From a virus (Duplodnaviria; Heunggongvirae; Uroviricota; Caudoviricetes), in IMG/VR virus record IMGVR_UViG_2718218131_000005: 39,971 bases of DNA, one strand, 5' to 3'. The notes beneath the pieces were generated by a model, which did not search any database, was not told the origin of the DNA, and was given only the letters and a program-made list of their open reading frames with translations. The position numbers and the translations under genes were made by a program. Shown here in pieces: positions 10,876 to 20,226 of the stretch (the stretch's first letter is position 1; the number at the start of each line of letters is the position of its first letter).

Positions 10876-12333
10876 ATGAATACATCTCATGTAAGAGTTG
10901 TTACTCATATGTGTGGGTTCCTGGTTTGGCTCTATAGTCTTTCAATGTTGCCACCAATGGTTGTAGCATTGTTTTATAAAGAAAAAAGCCTGTTCGTTTT
11001 CTTTATAACTTTCGTTATATTTTTTTGCATTGGTGGCGGAGCGTGGTATACAACTAAGAAATCTGGCATTCAATTACGTACCCGTGATGGGTTTATTATA
11101 ATTGTAATGTTTTGGATTTTGTTTTCTGTTATTAGTGCATTCCCTTTATGGATTGACTCAGAACTTAATTTAACGTTCATTGATGCTCTGTTTGAAGGGG
11201 TTTCTGGAATAACAACAACAGGAGCAACTGTAATTGATGATGTTAGTTCATTACCTCGGGCATATTTGTACTATCGGTCACAGTTAAATTTTATAGGTGG
11301 TTTAGGAGTTATTGTTCTGGCGGTTGCTGTATTGCCATTATTGGGTATTGGTGGTGCAAAGCTTTATCAGTCAGAAATGCCGGGGCCATTTAAGGATGAC
11401 AAACTCACTCCCCGCCTGGCCGATACGTCACGGACACTGTGGATAACTTATTCTTTATTAGGTATTGCTTGTATTGTCTGTTATAGACTTGCAGGAATGC
11501 CTTTGTTTGATGCTATTTGTCACGGGATTTCCACAGTTTCGCTTGGTGGTTTCTCAACTCATAGCGAGAGTATCGGATATTTTAATGACTATTTGGTTGA
11601 GCTGGTGGCTGGTTCTTTTTCCCTGCTATCGGCTTTCAACTTCACTCTTTGGTATATTGTTATTAGCAGGAAAACGATAAAACCTTTAATCAGAGATATT
11701 GAACTTCGTTTCTTTCTGTTAATAGCCTTAGGGGTGATCATTGTTACCTCTTTCCAGGTCTGGCATATAGGTATGTATGACTTGCATGGAAGTTTTATTC
11801 ATTCGTTTTTTCTTGCCAGCTCCATGCTCACTGATAATGGTTTAGCTACGCAGGATTATGCAAGTTGGCCCACGCACACGATAGTGTTTTTGCTGTTGTC
11901 AAGTTTCTTTGGGGGATGTATAGGTTCAACTTGTGGTGGAATTAAGTCACTTCGATTTCTTATACTTTTCAAACAAAGCAAACACGAGATAAATCAGCTT
12001 TCTCATCCCAGAGCGTTGTTGAGTGTAAATGTAGGAGGGAAGATAGTTACAGATCGTGTAATGAGGTCTGTATGGAGTTTCTTTTTTCTTTATACTCTCT
12101 TCACGGTGTTTTTTATACTGGTGTTAAATGGTATGGGATATGATTTTCTTACATCATTTGCAACAGTGGCTGCATGTATTAATAATATGGGATTAGGTTT
12201 TGGGGCTACTGCATCGTCATTCGGAGTGCTTAATGACATTGCAAAATGTTTAATGTGCATAGCTATGATTCTTGGTCGCCTTGAAATTTATCCTGTTATT
12301 ATATTGTTTTCAGGTTTTTTTTGGCGCTCCTAA
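10876..12333 (+). CDS. trkG: Trk-system potassium uptake protein TrkG (TrkH family)
   Basis: Multi-pass membrane protein beginning MNTSHVRVVTHMCGFLVWLYSL..., matching Rac prophage TrkG of E. coli K-12 as recalled; AT-rich relative to the surrounding phage genes; sits directly after Rz/Rz1 as in Rac. Confidence 0.95.
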   Translation: MNTSHVRVVTHMCGFLVWLYSLSMLPPMVVALFYKEKSLFVFFITFVIFFCIGGGAWYTTKKSGIQLRTRDGFIIIVMFWILFSVISAFPLWIDSELNLTFIDALFEGVSGITTTGATVIDDVSSLPRAYLYYRSQLNFIGGLGVIVLAVAVLPLLGIGGAKLYQSEMPGPFKDDKLTPRLADTSRTLWITYSLLGIACIVCYRLAGMPLFDAICHGISTVSLGGFSTHSESIGYFNDYLVELVAGSFSLLSAFNFTLWYIVISRKTIKPLIRDIELRFFLLIALGVIIVTSFQVWHIGMYDLHGSFIHSFFLASSMLTDNGLATQDYASWPTHTIVFLLLSSFFGGCIGSTCGGIKSLRFLILFKQSKHEINQLSHPRALLSVNVGGKIVTDRVMRSVWSFFFLYTLFTVFFILVLNGMGYDFLTSFATVAACINNMGLGFGATASSFGVLNDIAKCLMCIAMILGRLEIYPVIILFSGFFWRS

Positions 12334-12470
12334 TATATGGCTGATTTATAATTGTGAGTTTAATATTATGTTGACTCACTCATTGATCCAATACCTAACT
12401 TTACCAGCAACCCCTCCGTCCCCAGTAGCACTGGCTGCTGGGGTGCGTTTTATTCATAAAGCAAGGCTGT

Positions 12471-13262
12471 ATGAGCGAGAAATTAAAGATAGTCTATCGC
12501 CCATTACAAGAATTGTCACCGTATGCGCACAACGCCAGGACGCACAGCCCTGAGCAGGTGGCACAACTGGTAGAAAGTATTAAGCAATTCGGCTGGACTA
12601 ATCCGGTGCTGATTGACGAAAAGGGCGAAATTATTGCGGGTCACGGTCGTGTTATGGCGGCTGAAATGCTCAAAATGGATTCTGTTCCGGTCATTGTTCT
12701 GTCTGGCCTGACGGATGAGCAGAAAAAGGCGTACCGCCTGGCAGATAATCGCCTGCCGATGAATGCTGGCTGGGATGAAGATCTGTTGCGGATGGAGCTG
12801 TCGGACCTAATCAATGCTGATTTTGATGTCTCCCTGACAGGCTTCATCCCGACAGAAATTGATGAACTGTTGACGGATGTTTTGCCCGGTACAGGAAATG
12901 AGGAGGAGCCGTATACGACGAAAATTGATACGCCTGTTTATGAGCCGTCGGGCGGTAAACCGGATATCAGTGAACTGTACGACGATACGAAAACTCAGGA
13001 GCTGATCAGCCGGATACGTTCGGCGTCCCTTGAGCCTGATATTGAGAAATTCCTCCTGTGTGCGGCAGAACGTCACACGGTGTTTAATTTCAGCAGAATT
13101 GCGGACTATTACGCTCACGCCCCCTCTGAAATTCAGTGTTTTTTCGAGGAGTCGGCGCTGGTGATCATTGATTATCAGCAGGCTATTGAAAATGGATTTG
13201 TCCGGATGACGCAGCGCATGGTGGAGATCATGCATGGTGGTGAGGAGGAGGAATATGCGTGA
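12471..13262 (+). CDS. ParB/sulfiredoxin-like N-terminal domain protein (ParB-like nuclease domain), full length
   Basis: N-terminal motifs typical of the ParB N-domain (…PYAHNARTHSPEQV…VLIDEKGEIIAGHGRVMAA…); acidic C-terminal tail. The K-12 Rac ynaK at this position is a short fragment of such a protein. Confidence 0.8.
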   Translation: MSEKLKIVYRPLQELSPYAHNARTHSPEQVAQLVESIKQFGWTNPVLIDEKGEIIAGHGRVMAAEMLKMDSVPVIVLSGLTDEQKKAYRLADNRLPMNAGWDEDLLRMELSDLINADFDVSLTGFIPTEIDELLTDVLPGTGNEEEPYTTKIDTPVYEPSGGKPDISELYDDTKTQELISRIRSASLEPDIEKFLLCAAERHTVFNFSRIADYYAHAPSEIQCFFEESALVIIDYQQAIENGFVRMTQRMVEIMHGGEEEEYA

Positions 13263-14187
13263 TGATTTTTGCGCCTTTATTCTGACTCACGGGCGACCGG
13301 ACAAAGTTCTGACTTACCGGACGTTGCGTCGTGCTGGCTATACCGGGAAAATTTTTATCGTTGTTGATGATGAAGATAAGACACGAAATCAGTACATGGC
13401 TGAATTTGGTGAACAGGTGCTGGTGTTTTCCAAAGCCGATATCGCCAGTCGTTTTGACGAAGCCGATAATTTCTGTGACCGCCGCTCAATTTTTTACGCC
13501 CGTAATGCCTGTTTCGACCTGGCAAAACTGGTCGGGTGTAAATACTTCATTCAGCTCGATGATGATTATCACGAGTTCCAGTTTCGGGTGGATCGCAACT
13601 ATGACCAGGCCTATTTTCCGATAAGGAAACTGGATGCGATCCTTTCTGAAATGCTGGCGTACTACGAATCAATACCTGCTCTTTCCATCGCTATGTCGCA
13701 GGGCGGGGATTTTCTTGGTGACAATGGCGGCCATGCTTCGTGGGTGAAACGCAAGGCAATGAACAGCTTTATCTGTTCGGTTGATCGACCGTTCTCATTC
13801 ATGGGGCGCATTAACGAGGATGTGAATACGTACACGAATCTCGGTCGCTGTGGTGAATTGTTTATGACGATCGGTGCTGTCCAGTTAGGGCAGAAACAGA
13901 CGCAGAAAAACAGCGGCGGAATGACCGAGCTGTATCTGGATTCCGGAACCTACGTTAAAAGTTTTTACTCCGTCATGTATGCGCCGTCGTGCGTAAAAAT
14001 CTCACTGATGGGTGCCAGCCATAAACGCATTCACCATCAGGTCACCTGGAACAACGCTGCAGTAAAAATCCTTCACGAAAAATACAGGAAGAAGACACCC
14101 TGCATATCAATGGGGGTGACAAATGATTCCGTATTCGAAAGTCGAGTCTCTGGCAGCGTGCCGGATGACTGCACAACAAATCGCTGA
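13255..14187 (+). CDS. Putative GT-A-fold (family-2-like) glycosyltransferase, translationally coupled to the ParB-like gene
   Basis: ATG at 13255 overlaps the upstream stop (ATGCGTGA) and follows a GAGGAGG ribosome-binding site. Three motifs at GT2-like spacing: AFILTHGRPDKV (res about 7-18), IFIVVDDED (about 33-41), YFIQLDDDY (about 93-101). Fold assignment by motif pattern only. Confidence 0.55.
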   Translation: MRDDFCAFILTHGRPDKVLTYRTLRRAGYTGKIFIVVDDEDKTRNQYMAEFGEQVLVFSKADIASRFDEADNFCDRRSIFYARNACFDLAKLVGCKYFIQLDDDYHEFQFRVDRNYDQAYFPIRKLDAILSEMLAYYESIPALSIAMSQGGDFLGDNGGHASWVKRKAMNSFICSVDRPFSFMGRINEDVNTYTNLGRCGELFMTIGAVQLGQKQTQKNSGGMTELYLDSGTYVKSFYSVMYAPSCVKISLMGASHKRIHHQVTWNNAAVKILHEKYRKKTPCISMGVTNDSVFESRVSGSVPDDCTTNR

Positions 14188-14374
14188 CGTTCTGGATGTT
14201 GATCTGAACCGACTGAAAGAAAATCGGGAAGCAATGACAGATTTTTATGCGGCCATCCGTAAGGGCAGAGCGAAAGGTGAAGCCGAGTTACGAGCGGCAT
14301 TGTTTAAGCTTGCCAGAAAAGGGGATGCCTTTGCTCTGCGCGAACTACTCAGGGTGGATAAAAATCAGGACTAA
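14123..14374 (+). CDS. Small hypothetical protein, possibly a helix-turn-helix DNA-binding protein upstream of the terminase
   Basis: 83 aa ORF overlapping the 3' end of the previous gene; contains MTAQQIADVLDVDLNRL, helix-turn-helix-like. Start uncertain. Confidence 0.35.
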   Translation: MIPYSKVESLAACRMTAQQIADVLDVDLNRLKENREAMTDFYAAIRKGRAKGEAELRAALFKLARKGDAFALRELLRVDKNQD

Positions 14375-14377
14375 CTG

Positions 14378-15472
14378 ATGAGCAGACCGGACTGGGGGGC
14401 GTTGCAGCAGGAGTATATTGCTGAATACACCCGCTCCGGTATATCTCCGGTGGCATGGTGTGAAGCAAGGGGACTGAATTACGCAACAGCCCGTCGTTAC
14501 ATCAAAAAAACTCCGAAAAATGCGCAGACAGAAATGTGCAAAACTGCGCAAAAAAGTGCGCAGAAAAAATCTGCGCAGACTGCACAAAAGCGGAACGAAA
14601 AATCTCAGGAAAAAAAGCCAGTATTCGATGCGGGCCTGAATGAGGGCGACGCGGAGGAATTTTCGTTCTGTCCCGATGAATTCGGCATTTCTGACCAGCA
14701 GGCTAAGTTTGCGATGCTTGTTGCTCAGGGTAAAAAGCCGACAGAGGCGTACCGACTAGCCGGTTATGAGGGGCAAGGTGCGACAGCTAACAGCAACGCC
14801 AGTCGTATGCTTAGAAATGCCAGGGTTTTTCGCGCTATCAGCTACTTCCGCAATCAGTACCAGAAACGCTATACCGCAGACCTGGATTTACTAGTGAGTC
14901 AGTTGATGGCTATTGTCCTGGCCGACCCCAATCAGCTTGCACAATTTCGCCGTGTTAACTGCCGTTATTGCTGGGGCGAGAATCATCTCTACCAGTGGCG
15001 CGATATAGCAGAATTCGACAAGGCAGCGGCGCAGGCTTCCAGAGATGGCAAACCCGAACCGGAATATGGAGGCCTCGGCTTTGTTGATAACGCCATACCC
15101 AATCCGGACTGCCCGAAGTGCTGCGGTGAGGGAACGGGACAGCTTTATATGGCTGATACCACTCTGCTTGATGGGGATGCGCGGCAATTATATGCAGGGG
15201 CAAAATTCGGAAAATTCGGCGTTGAGATCCTGCTGGAGGATAAGGCTGCCGCCCGGCGTGAATTGTTGCGTTTGTTTTCTGCTGGCGGGGCTTTATGTGC
15301 AGATAAACGGCTACAGGAACTGGAAATTGAACGGCGCAGAATGGAAAACCAGAAGCTGCGCAAAGAGATCGAAACGGTGGAAGATAATGAACATCCCCAG
15401 CCTGTGGCGATCAATATTAATGTGGTTGATGCCAGAGTAAGGAGTGATGAAGATGATCTCTCCGACGCTTAA
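14378..15472 (+). CDS. Putative terminase small subunit (large for the class; contains Cys-X2-C pairs suggesting a zinc ribbon)
   Basis: Position immediately upstream of and overlapping the terminase large subunit; N-terminal helix-turn-helix-like segment; CRYCWGE and CPKCCGEG motifs. Confidence 0.5.
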   Translation: MSRPDWGALQQEYIAEYTRSGISPVAWCEARGLNYATARRYIKKTPKNAQTEMCKTAQKSAQKKSAQTAQKRNEKSQEKKPVFDAGLNEGDAEEFSFCPDEFGISDQQAKFAMLVAQGKKPTEAYRLAGYEGQGATANSNASRMLRNARVFRAISYFRNQYQKRYTADLDLLVSQLMAIVLADPNQLAQFRRVNCRYCWGENHLYQWRDIAEFDKAAAQASRDGKPEPEYGGLGFVDNAIPNPDCPKCCGEGTGQLYMADTTLLDGDARQLYAGAKFGKFGVEILLEDKAAARRELLRLFSAGGALCADKRLQELEIERRRMENQKLRKEIETVEDNEHPQPVAININVVDARVRSDEDDLSDA

Positions 15473-16754
15473 TGTGCCTCAGGCGCGATTTCTTTCAATG
15501 CCCCATAAATTTAAAGCCTATATTGCTGGTTTTGGCTCGGGCAAAACATGGGTTGGGTGTGGCGGCATATGCAAGGGGATTTGGGAGCATCCAGGTATAA
15601 ATCAGGGATATTTTGCGCCAACGTATCCCCAAATTCGCGATATTTTTTACCCTACAGTGGAAGAAGTTGCTGCTGACTGGGGATTGAACGTAAAAATTAA
15701 TGAGGGAAATAAAGAGGTTCACTTTTATTACGGACGCCAGTATCGGGGAACCACTATCTGCAGATCGATGGAGAAGCCACAAACGATCGTCGGTTTCAAA
15801 ATTGGTAATGCGTTGGTGGATGAACTGGACATTTTGCCGAAGGAAAAAGCCAGAACGGCGTGGCGCAAGATAATTGCACGTATGCGTTATAAGATTGATG
15901 GACTTCGCAACGGTATTGACGTTACAACCACGCCGGAAGGATTCAAATTTGTCTACGAGCAGTTTGTTAAAGCCGTGCGTGAAAAAACAGAGCTGGCCTC
16001 ACTGTATGGTCTGGTGCAGGCATCTACTTTCGATAATGAAAAGAACCTGCCAGCAGATTACATTCCTTCGCTTCTTGAATCATACCCTCCAGAGCTGATT
16101 AAAGCCTATCTTCGAGGACAGTTTACTAACCTGACAAGTGGTACTGTTTACCATCAGTTTGACCGGAAACTGAATAATTGCGAAGAAGTGGAGCAGCCAG
16201 GGGAGCCGATTTATATTGGGATGGATTTTAACGTTGGAAAGATGGCGGGAATCGTCCATGTGCTGCGTTTGGGGCTTCCATGTGCGGTAACTGAAATCAT
16301 CAATGCCTACGATACGCCGGATATGATCCGCATCATTAAAGAACGCTTCTGGCTGTATGATGGGAATGATTACCGGAAAGTGAGGGAAATTTATATTTAT
16401 CCAGATGCTTCCGGGGATTCCAGAAAATCAAGTAACGCAAGTACGACGGATATAGCCCAGCTTAAGCAGGCTGGTTTTAACGTTGTGGTGAACAGCTCGA
16501 ACCCGCCAGTAAAAGATCGCGTTAACTCAATGAATGCAATGTTCTGCAATGCCAATGGTGAGCGTCGCTATAAAGTTAATGTGAAGCGTTGCCCGTTATA
16601 TGCCGAATCTCTGGAGCAACAGGTCTGGGATGAGAAGGGGGAGCCTGATAAAAAATCTGGCAATGATCACCCGAATGATGCCGGAGGTTATTTCATCGTT
16701 AAGCAATTCCCTATTGTCAAACCGACCGGAAGAGTCACATCACTTCGGATTTAA
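15447..16754 (+). CDS. Terminase large subunit
   Basis: Walker A-like GFGSGKT near the N-terminus, nuclease-domain acidic residues in the C-terminal half; about 435 aa. Start may be 15444, 15447 or 15453. Confidence 0.85.
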   Translation: MKMISPTLNVPQARFLSMPHKFKAYIAGFGSGKTWVGCGGICKGIWEHPGINQGYFAPTYPQIRDIFYPTVEEVAADWGLNVKINEGNKEVHFYYGRQYRGTTICRSMEKPQTIVGFKIGNALVDELDILPKEKARTAWRKIIARMRYKIDGLRNGIDVTTTPEGFKFVYEQFVKAVREKTELASLYGLVQASTFDNEKNLPADYIPSLLESYPPELIKAYLRGQFTNLTSGTVYHQFDRKLNNCEEVEQPGEPIYIGMDFNVGKMAGIVHVLRLGLPCAVTEIINAYDTPDMIRIIKERFWLYDGNDYRKVREIYIYPDASGDSRKSSNASTTDIAQLKQAGFNVVVNSSNPPVKDRVNSMNAMFCNANGERRYKVNVKRCPLYAESLEQQVWDEKGEPDKKSGNDHPNDAGGYFIVKQFPIVKPTGRVTSLRI

Positions 16755-16756
16755 TT

Positions 16757-18163
16757 ATGGCTGATATATCAACACCCAACCTCGACTATAACGATATGCT
16801 GGAGGCGTGGGATATTAACGACGCACTGATGGGCGGTACGCTTGAAATGCGCAGGCAGGGGGAAAATTATCTCCCAAAATGGCCTAACGAAGATGAAGAC
16901 GCTTATAAAAAACGCCTGTCTGTGGCTACGCTACTTCCTGTGTATGAAGAAAGCATCAAGCAAAATATTGGGCGCATATTTGCAGAGCCGACAGTATTGA
17001 GTGAGGAAACGCCGGCAAAAATCAGGGAATATGCAGAAAATATCGACATGGAGGGGAGCCGACTGGATGTGTGGGCGCAGCAATTTTTCAGCCTCGCATT
17101 TCAGTATGGTGTGGCACATGCGCTGGTGGACTATCCACGAACGGATATGAAAGAGATTCGTACAAAAGCCGATGAAAACGCGACCGGTGGTCGTCCGTAC
17201 GTTACGATGCTGAATCCACGCCAGGTTATTGGATGGAAATCGAAAGTTGAAAAAGGGAAAGTTGTTCTCACTGATTTGCGTATAAAAGAGGTCATCATTA
17301 TTGATGGTGATGATTTCGGGCAGAAGAAGGTGGAGCAGATCCGCCATATTATGCCCCGTCGAGTTGAAATTTATCGACGTAGCGAAGGCACTAATGGCGA
17401 ATCTGTCTGGACGCTTCATGAGTCATGGAATACCAGCCGTGATGATATTCCTCTGGTAACACTGTACACGAAGAAAACAGGATTTATGCGTGGTACACCG
17501 CCATTGCTTAATCTTGGCTTGCTGAATATCAAGCACTGGCAAAGCCAGAGCGAGCAGGACAATATTCTTCATGTTACCCGCGTTCCATTGCTGGTGGCCT
17601 ACGGGCTGGACAGGAATGAAGAACTGACGGTTGGTGCATCCACCGCTACGATTTTTGAGGACAGAACAAAAAATGGCCTCGAATATGTTGAACATAGTGG
17701 CGCAGCGATAGAATCTGGCGAAACATCACTTGAGAAGCTGGAAAATCAGATGCGTCATGCCGGCGCTAAACTTCTGCGTGCTGAAAATACATCCACCAAA
17801 TCTGTTGATCAGACTAATGAAGAGCGAATGCAGGAAAACTCGCCGCTTTATACAATGGCGAACTCCCTCGAAGATGCCCTCGATAATATTCTCCAGATAA
17901 TGGCGGAATGGATCGGAGAGAGTTGCGGTGGCAATGTGGATGTGCGCACTGAACTGGATGTATCTGCCCAGGTGTTTGACTCATCCTCCGCGCTGGCTGT
18001 TCAGTCATTGCGTCAGGGCGGTGATATACGTCAGATTGATGCGGTTCGGGTGTTGCAGGCGTTGAAATTTATCGATCAGGATTCCCGTCCAGAGGAAGTG
18101 ATCGATGAATTAAAAAATCAGAGTGTAATGCTGATGGAAATCAATGATGCAAACCGTGAATGA
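16757..18163 (+). CDS. Portal protein
   Basis: 468 aa directly after the terminase; size and position typical of a portal. Confidence 0.7.
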   Translation: MADISTPNLDYNDMLEAWDINDALMGGTLEMRRQGENYLPKWPNEDEDAYKKRLSVATLLPVYEESIKQNIGRIFAEPTVLSEETPAKIREYAENIDMEGSRLDVWAQQFFSLAFQYGVAHALVDYPRTDMKEIRTKADENATGGRPYVTMLNPRQVIGWKSKVEKGKVVLTDLRIKEVIIIDGDDFGQKKVEQIRHIMPRRVEIYRRSEGTNGESVWTLHESWNTSRDDIPLVTLYTKKTGFMRGTPPLLNLGLLNIKHWQSQSEQDNILHVTRVPLLVAYGLDRNEELTVGASTATIFEDRTKNGLEYVEHSGAAIESGETSLEKLENQMRHAGAKLLRAENTSTKSVDQTNEERMQENSPLYTMANSLEDALDNILQIMAEWIGESCGGNVDVRTELDVSAQVFDSSSALAVQSLRQGGDIRQIDAVRVLQALKFIDQDSRPEEVIDELKNQSVMLMEINDANRE

Positions 18164-19259
18164 ACGGCTGCGTGATGAATCAATTGCTCATGCAGTCTGG
18201 ATATCCCGCTATAGCACTGGCGTGGCTGCCAGAATGGTGAAAATACTGAATGACAGCGATGCGGAACTTACTGCTCGCCTGCTGATAGCACTGGACAGCC
18301 TCGATCCAGGTAATTTTACCGTTAAGCGCCTGGAGTCACTTCTGGCGAGCGTCAGAAAGGTTAACCGCACTGCTATTAACAGCATGTTTACCAGTCTCTC
18401 CGGAGAGCTGAACGAGCTGGCAATTTATGAGGCTGGTTATCAGTTAAGTCTGTTTGATTCTATGCTACCTGATTTTGTTGCTGATGTTCACCCTCTGGTT
18501 GGTATCTCTCCTGATGCACTTTATGCCGCTGCAATGGCGCGACCATTCCAGGGACGACTGCTCAGTGAGTGGGCCTCAGATCTTGAGGCGGATCGGCTCA
18601 GACGCATAACAAATACAGTGCGTCAGGGTTTTTTGCTGGGGGATACCAATGAGCAGATCGCAAGAAAAATTCGGGGACATGTCAGTAAGGGATTTCAGGA
18701 TGGTGCATTGCAGATGAGCCGGGCTAATGCGGCCAGCATTGCAAAAACAGCGGTTGGACATCTTGCTGCTACTGCCCGTGAGAGTTTTGCCAGCGCGAAT
18801 AATGATTTGATTAAGGGTAAGCAATGGTTATCAACGCTTGATAATCGTACTACGCCACAATGTCGAATCAGGGATCGCCTCAAATATACGCTGAATAATA
18901 AACCTGTAGGTCACAGCGTGCCTTATTTGCAGGGGCCGGGAAAAATTCATTTCTGCTGCCGCTCAACGGAAACGTTCATTCTGAAATCAGCGAAGGAACT
19001 GGGTATTGATGTTCGCGATATTTCCCCGGCTGAGCGGGCCAGCATGGATGGCGTGGTGGCCGGAGATACAACCTACAGGGAATGGTTTTTGCGTCAGCCT
19101 TACACCAGACAAAAACAGATTGTGGGGGAAACCCGAGCAAAGCTGATTCGGGATGGTGGTATGTCGCCAGATGAATTTTACACCGATAAAGGCGAATGGC
19201 TGACGCTGAAGCAGCTCCGTGAGCGTGATGCACAGGTATTCAGAAAAGCAGGGATTTAA
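18144..19259 (+). CDS. Head morphogenesis protein (Mu gpF / SPP1 gp7-like minor head protein)
   Basis: 371 aa following the portal with overlapping start; typical gene order. Confidence 0.65.
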   Translation: MMQTVNERLRDESIAHAVWISRYSTGVAARMVKILNDSDAELTARLLIALDSLDPGNFTVKRLESLLASVRKVNRTAINSMFTSLSGELNELAIYEAGYQLSLFDSMLPDFVADVHPLVGISPDALYAAAMARPFQGRLLSEWASDLEADRLRRITNTVRQGFLLGDTNEQIARKIRGHVSKGFQDGALQMSRANAASIAKTAVGHLAATARESFASANNDLIKGKQWLSTLDNRTTPQCRIRDRLKYTLNNKPVGHSVPYLQGPGKIHFCCRSTETFILKSAKELGIDVRDISPAERASMDGVVAGDTTYREWFLRQPYTRQKQIVGETRAKLIRDGGMSPDEFYTDKGEWLTLKQLRERDAQVFRKAGI

Positions 19260-19279
19260 ATAAATCATTTATTACAACA

Positions 19280-19305
19280 GGCTACCTTCGGGTGGCCTTT
19301 TTTAT
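19280..19305 (+). terminator. Terminator-like hairpin with UUCG loop and T-tract
   Basis: GGCTACC-TTCG-GGTGGCC followed by TTTTTTATT. Confidence 0.4.
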
Positions 19306-19363
19306 TGCTGCGATCCGGATGGTGAGCAGCGTAACTGTCGGAAGACTTAAACCAGGTACTAAT

Positions 19364-19969
19364 ATGAAACTGAAAACGGTCGAGATTAACGGAAAACAAT
19401 ACGCAGAAATTGATACTGCTGGCCTGCCAGTTTATGTGCACGACGATGGTAAAGAAATTGGCTTCGATGCACCGCTGGCGACAAAAAAAATTACAGAGCT
19501 TAATGGCGAGGCAAAAAATCATCGCCTGGCTAAAGAAGCTGCAGAGGAAAAACTGGCTAAGTTTGCCGCTATCGAAGACCCGAAGAAGGCGATCGAGGCA
19601 CTGGAAATGCTGTCAAAAATCGACCAGAAAAAGCTGCTCGATGCGGGACAGGTTGACCAGGTTAAGGCAGAAATTACGAAAAATTTTCAGCAGCAATTAG
19701 ATGAAGAAAAGCAACGCTCTCAGATGCTGGAGAAGCAGCTTTACGATTCTATGATTGGCGGTAGTTTTGCGGGTTCAAAATATATTGCCGATAAAATTGC
19801 GATCCCGGCAGATTTATTACAAGCCCGCTTCGGGCAGGCATTCAAAGTGGAAGAAGGGAGGATCGTTGCTTATGACGCTTCCGGCAACAAAATTTATTCC
19901 CGCGCGAAGCCTGGCGAACTGGCGCAGTTTGATGAGGCGCTGGAGTTCCTTGTCGAAAATTACCCTTAG
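19364..19969 (+). CDS. Putative scaffolding protein
   Basis: Highly charged, coiled-coil-like (…EEKLAKFAAIEDPKKAIEALEMLSKIDQKKLLDAGQVDQVKAEITKNFQQQLDEEKQRSQMLEKQLY…), immediately upstream of the major capsid gene. Start at the ATG at 19364 preferred over the track start. Confidence 0.5.
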   Translation: MKLKTVEINGKQYAEIDTAGLPVYVHDDGKEIGFDAPLATKKITELNGEAKNHRLAKEAAEEKLAKFAAIEDPKKAIEALEMLSKIDQKKLLDAGQVDQVKAEITKNFQQQLDEEKQRSQMLEKQLYDSMIGGSFAGSKYIADKIAIPADLLQARFGQAFKVEEGRIVAYDASGNKIYSRAKPGELAQFDEALEFLVENYP

Positions 19970-20226
19970 AAAGACTACATCCTGAAAGCCAGTGGCAACA
20001 ATGGCGGCGGCTCCCGTCCGACACAGCATGATATTGGTCAGAAAACGATGAAACGCTCTGCTTTTGATGCACTGGATGTTGCAGGTAAGCAAAACGCATT
20101 GAAAGACGGTATCACAATCGTTGATTAACACATTTGTCAGCTTCCGGATGGGAGCTGGTGTCAGGGCTGGATAGCTCATTACTCCATCTATTCACAATTA
20201 CGCAAATTTTTAAGGAATATTTAATT

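Noticed and set aside
11465-11680. 71 aa ORF inside trkG
   Set aside because: Internal alternative frame of a well-supported membrane protein gene.
19410-19700. 96 aa ORF inside the putative scaffold gene
   Set aside because: Off-frame; Arg/Lys/Gln-rich translation produced by the charged scaffold coding sequence.
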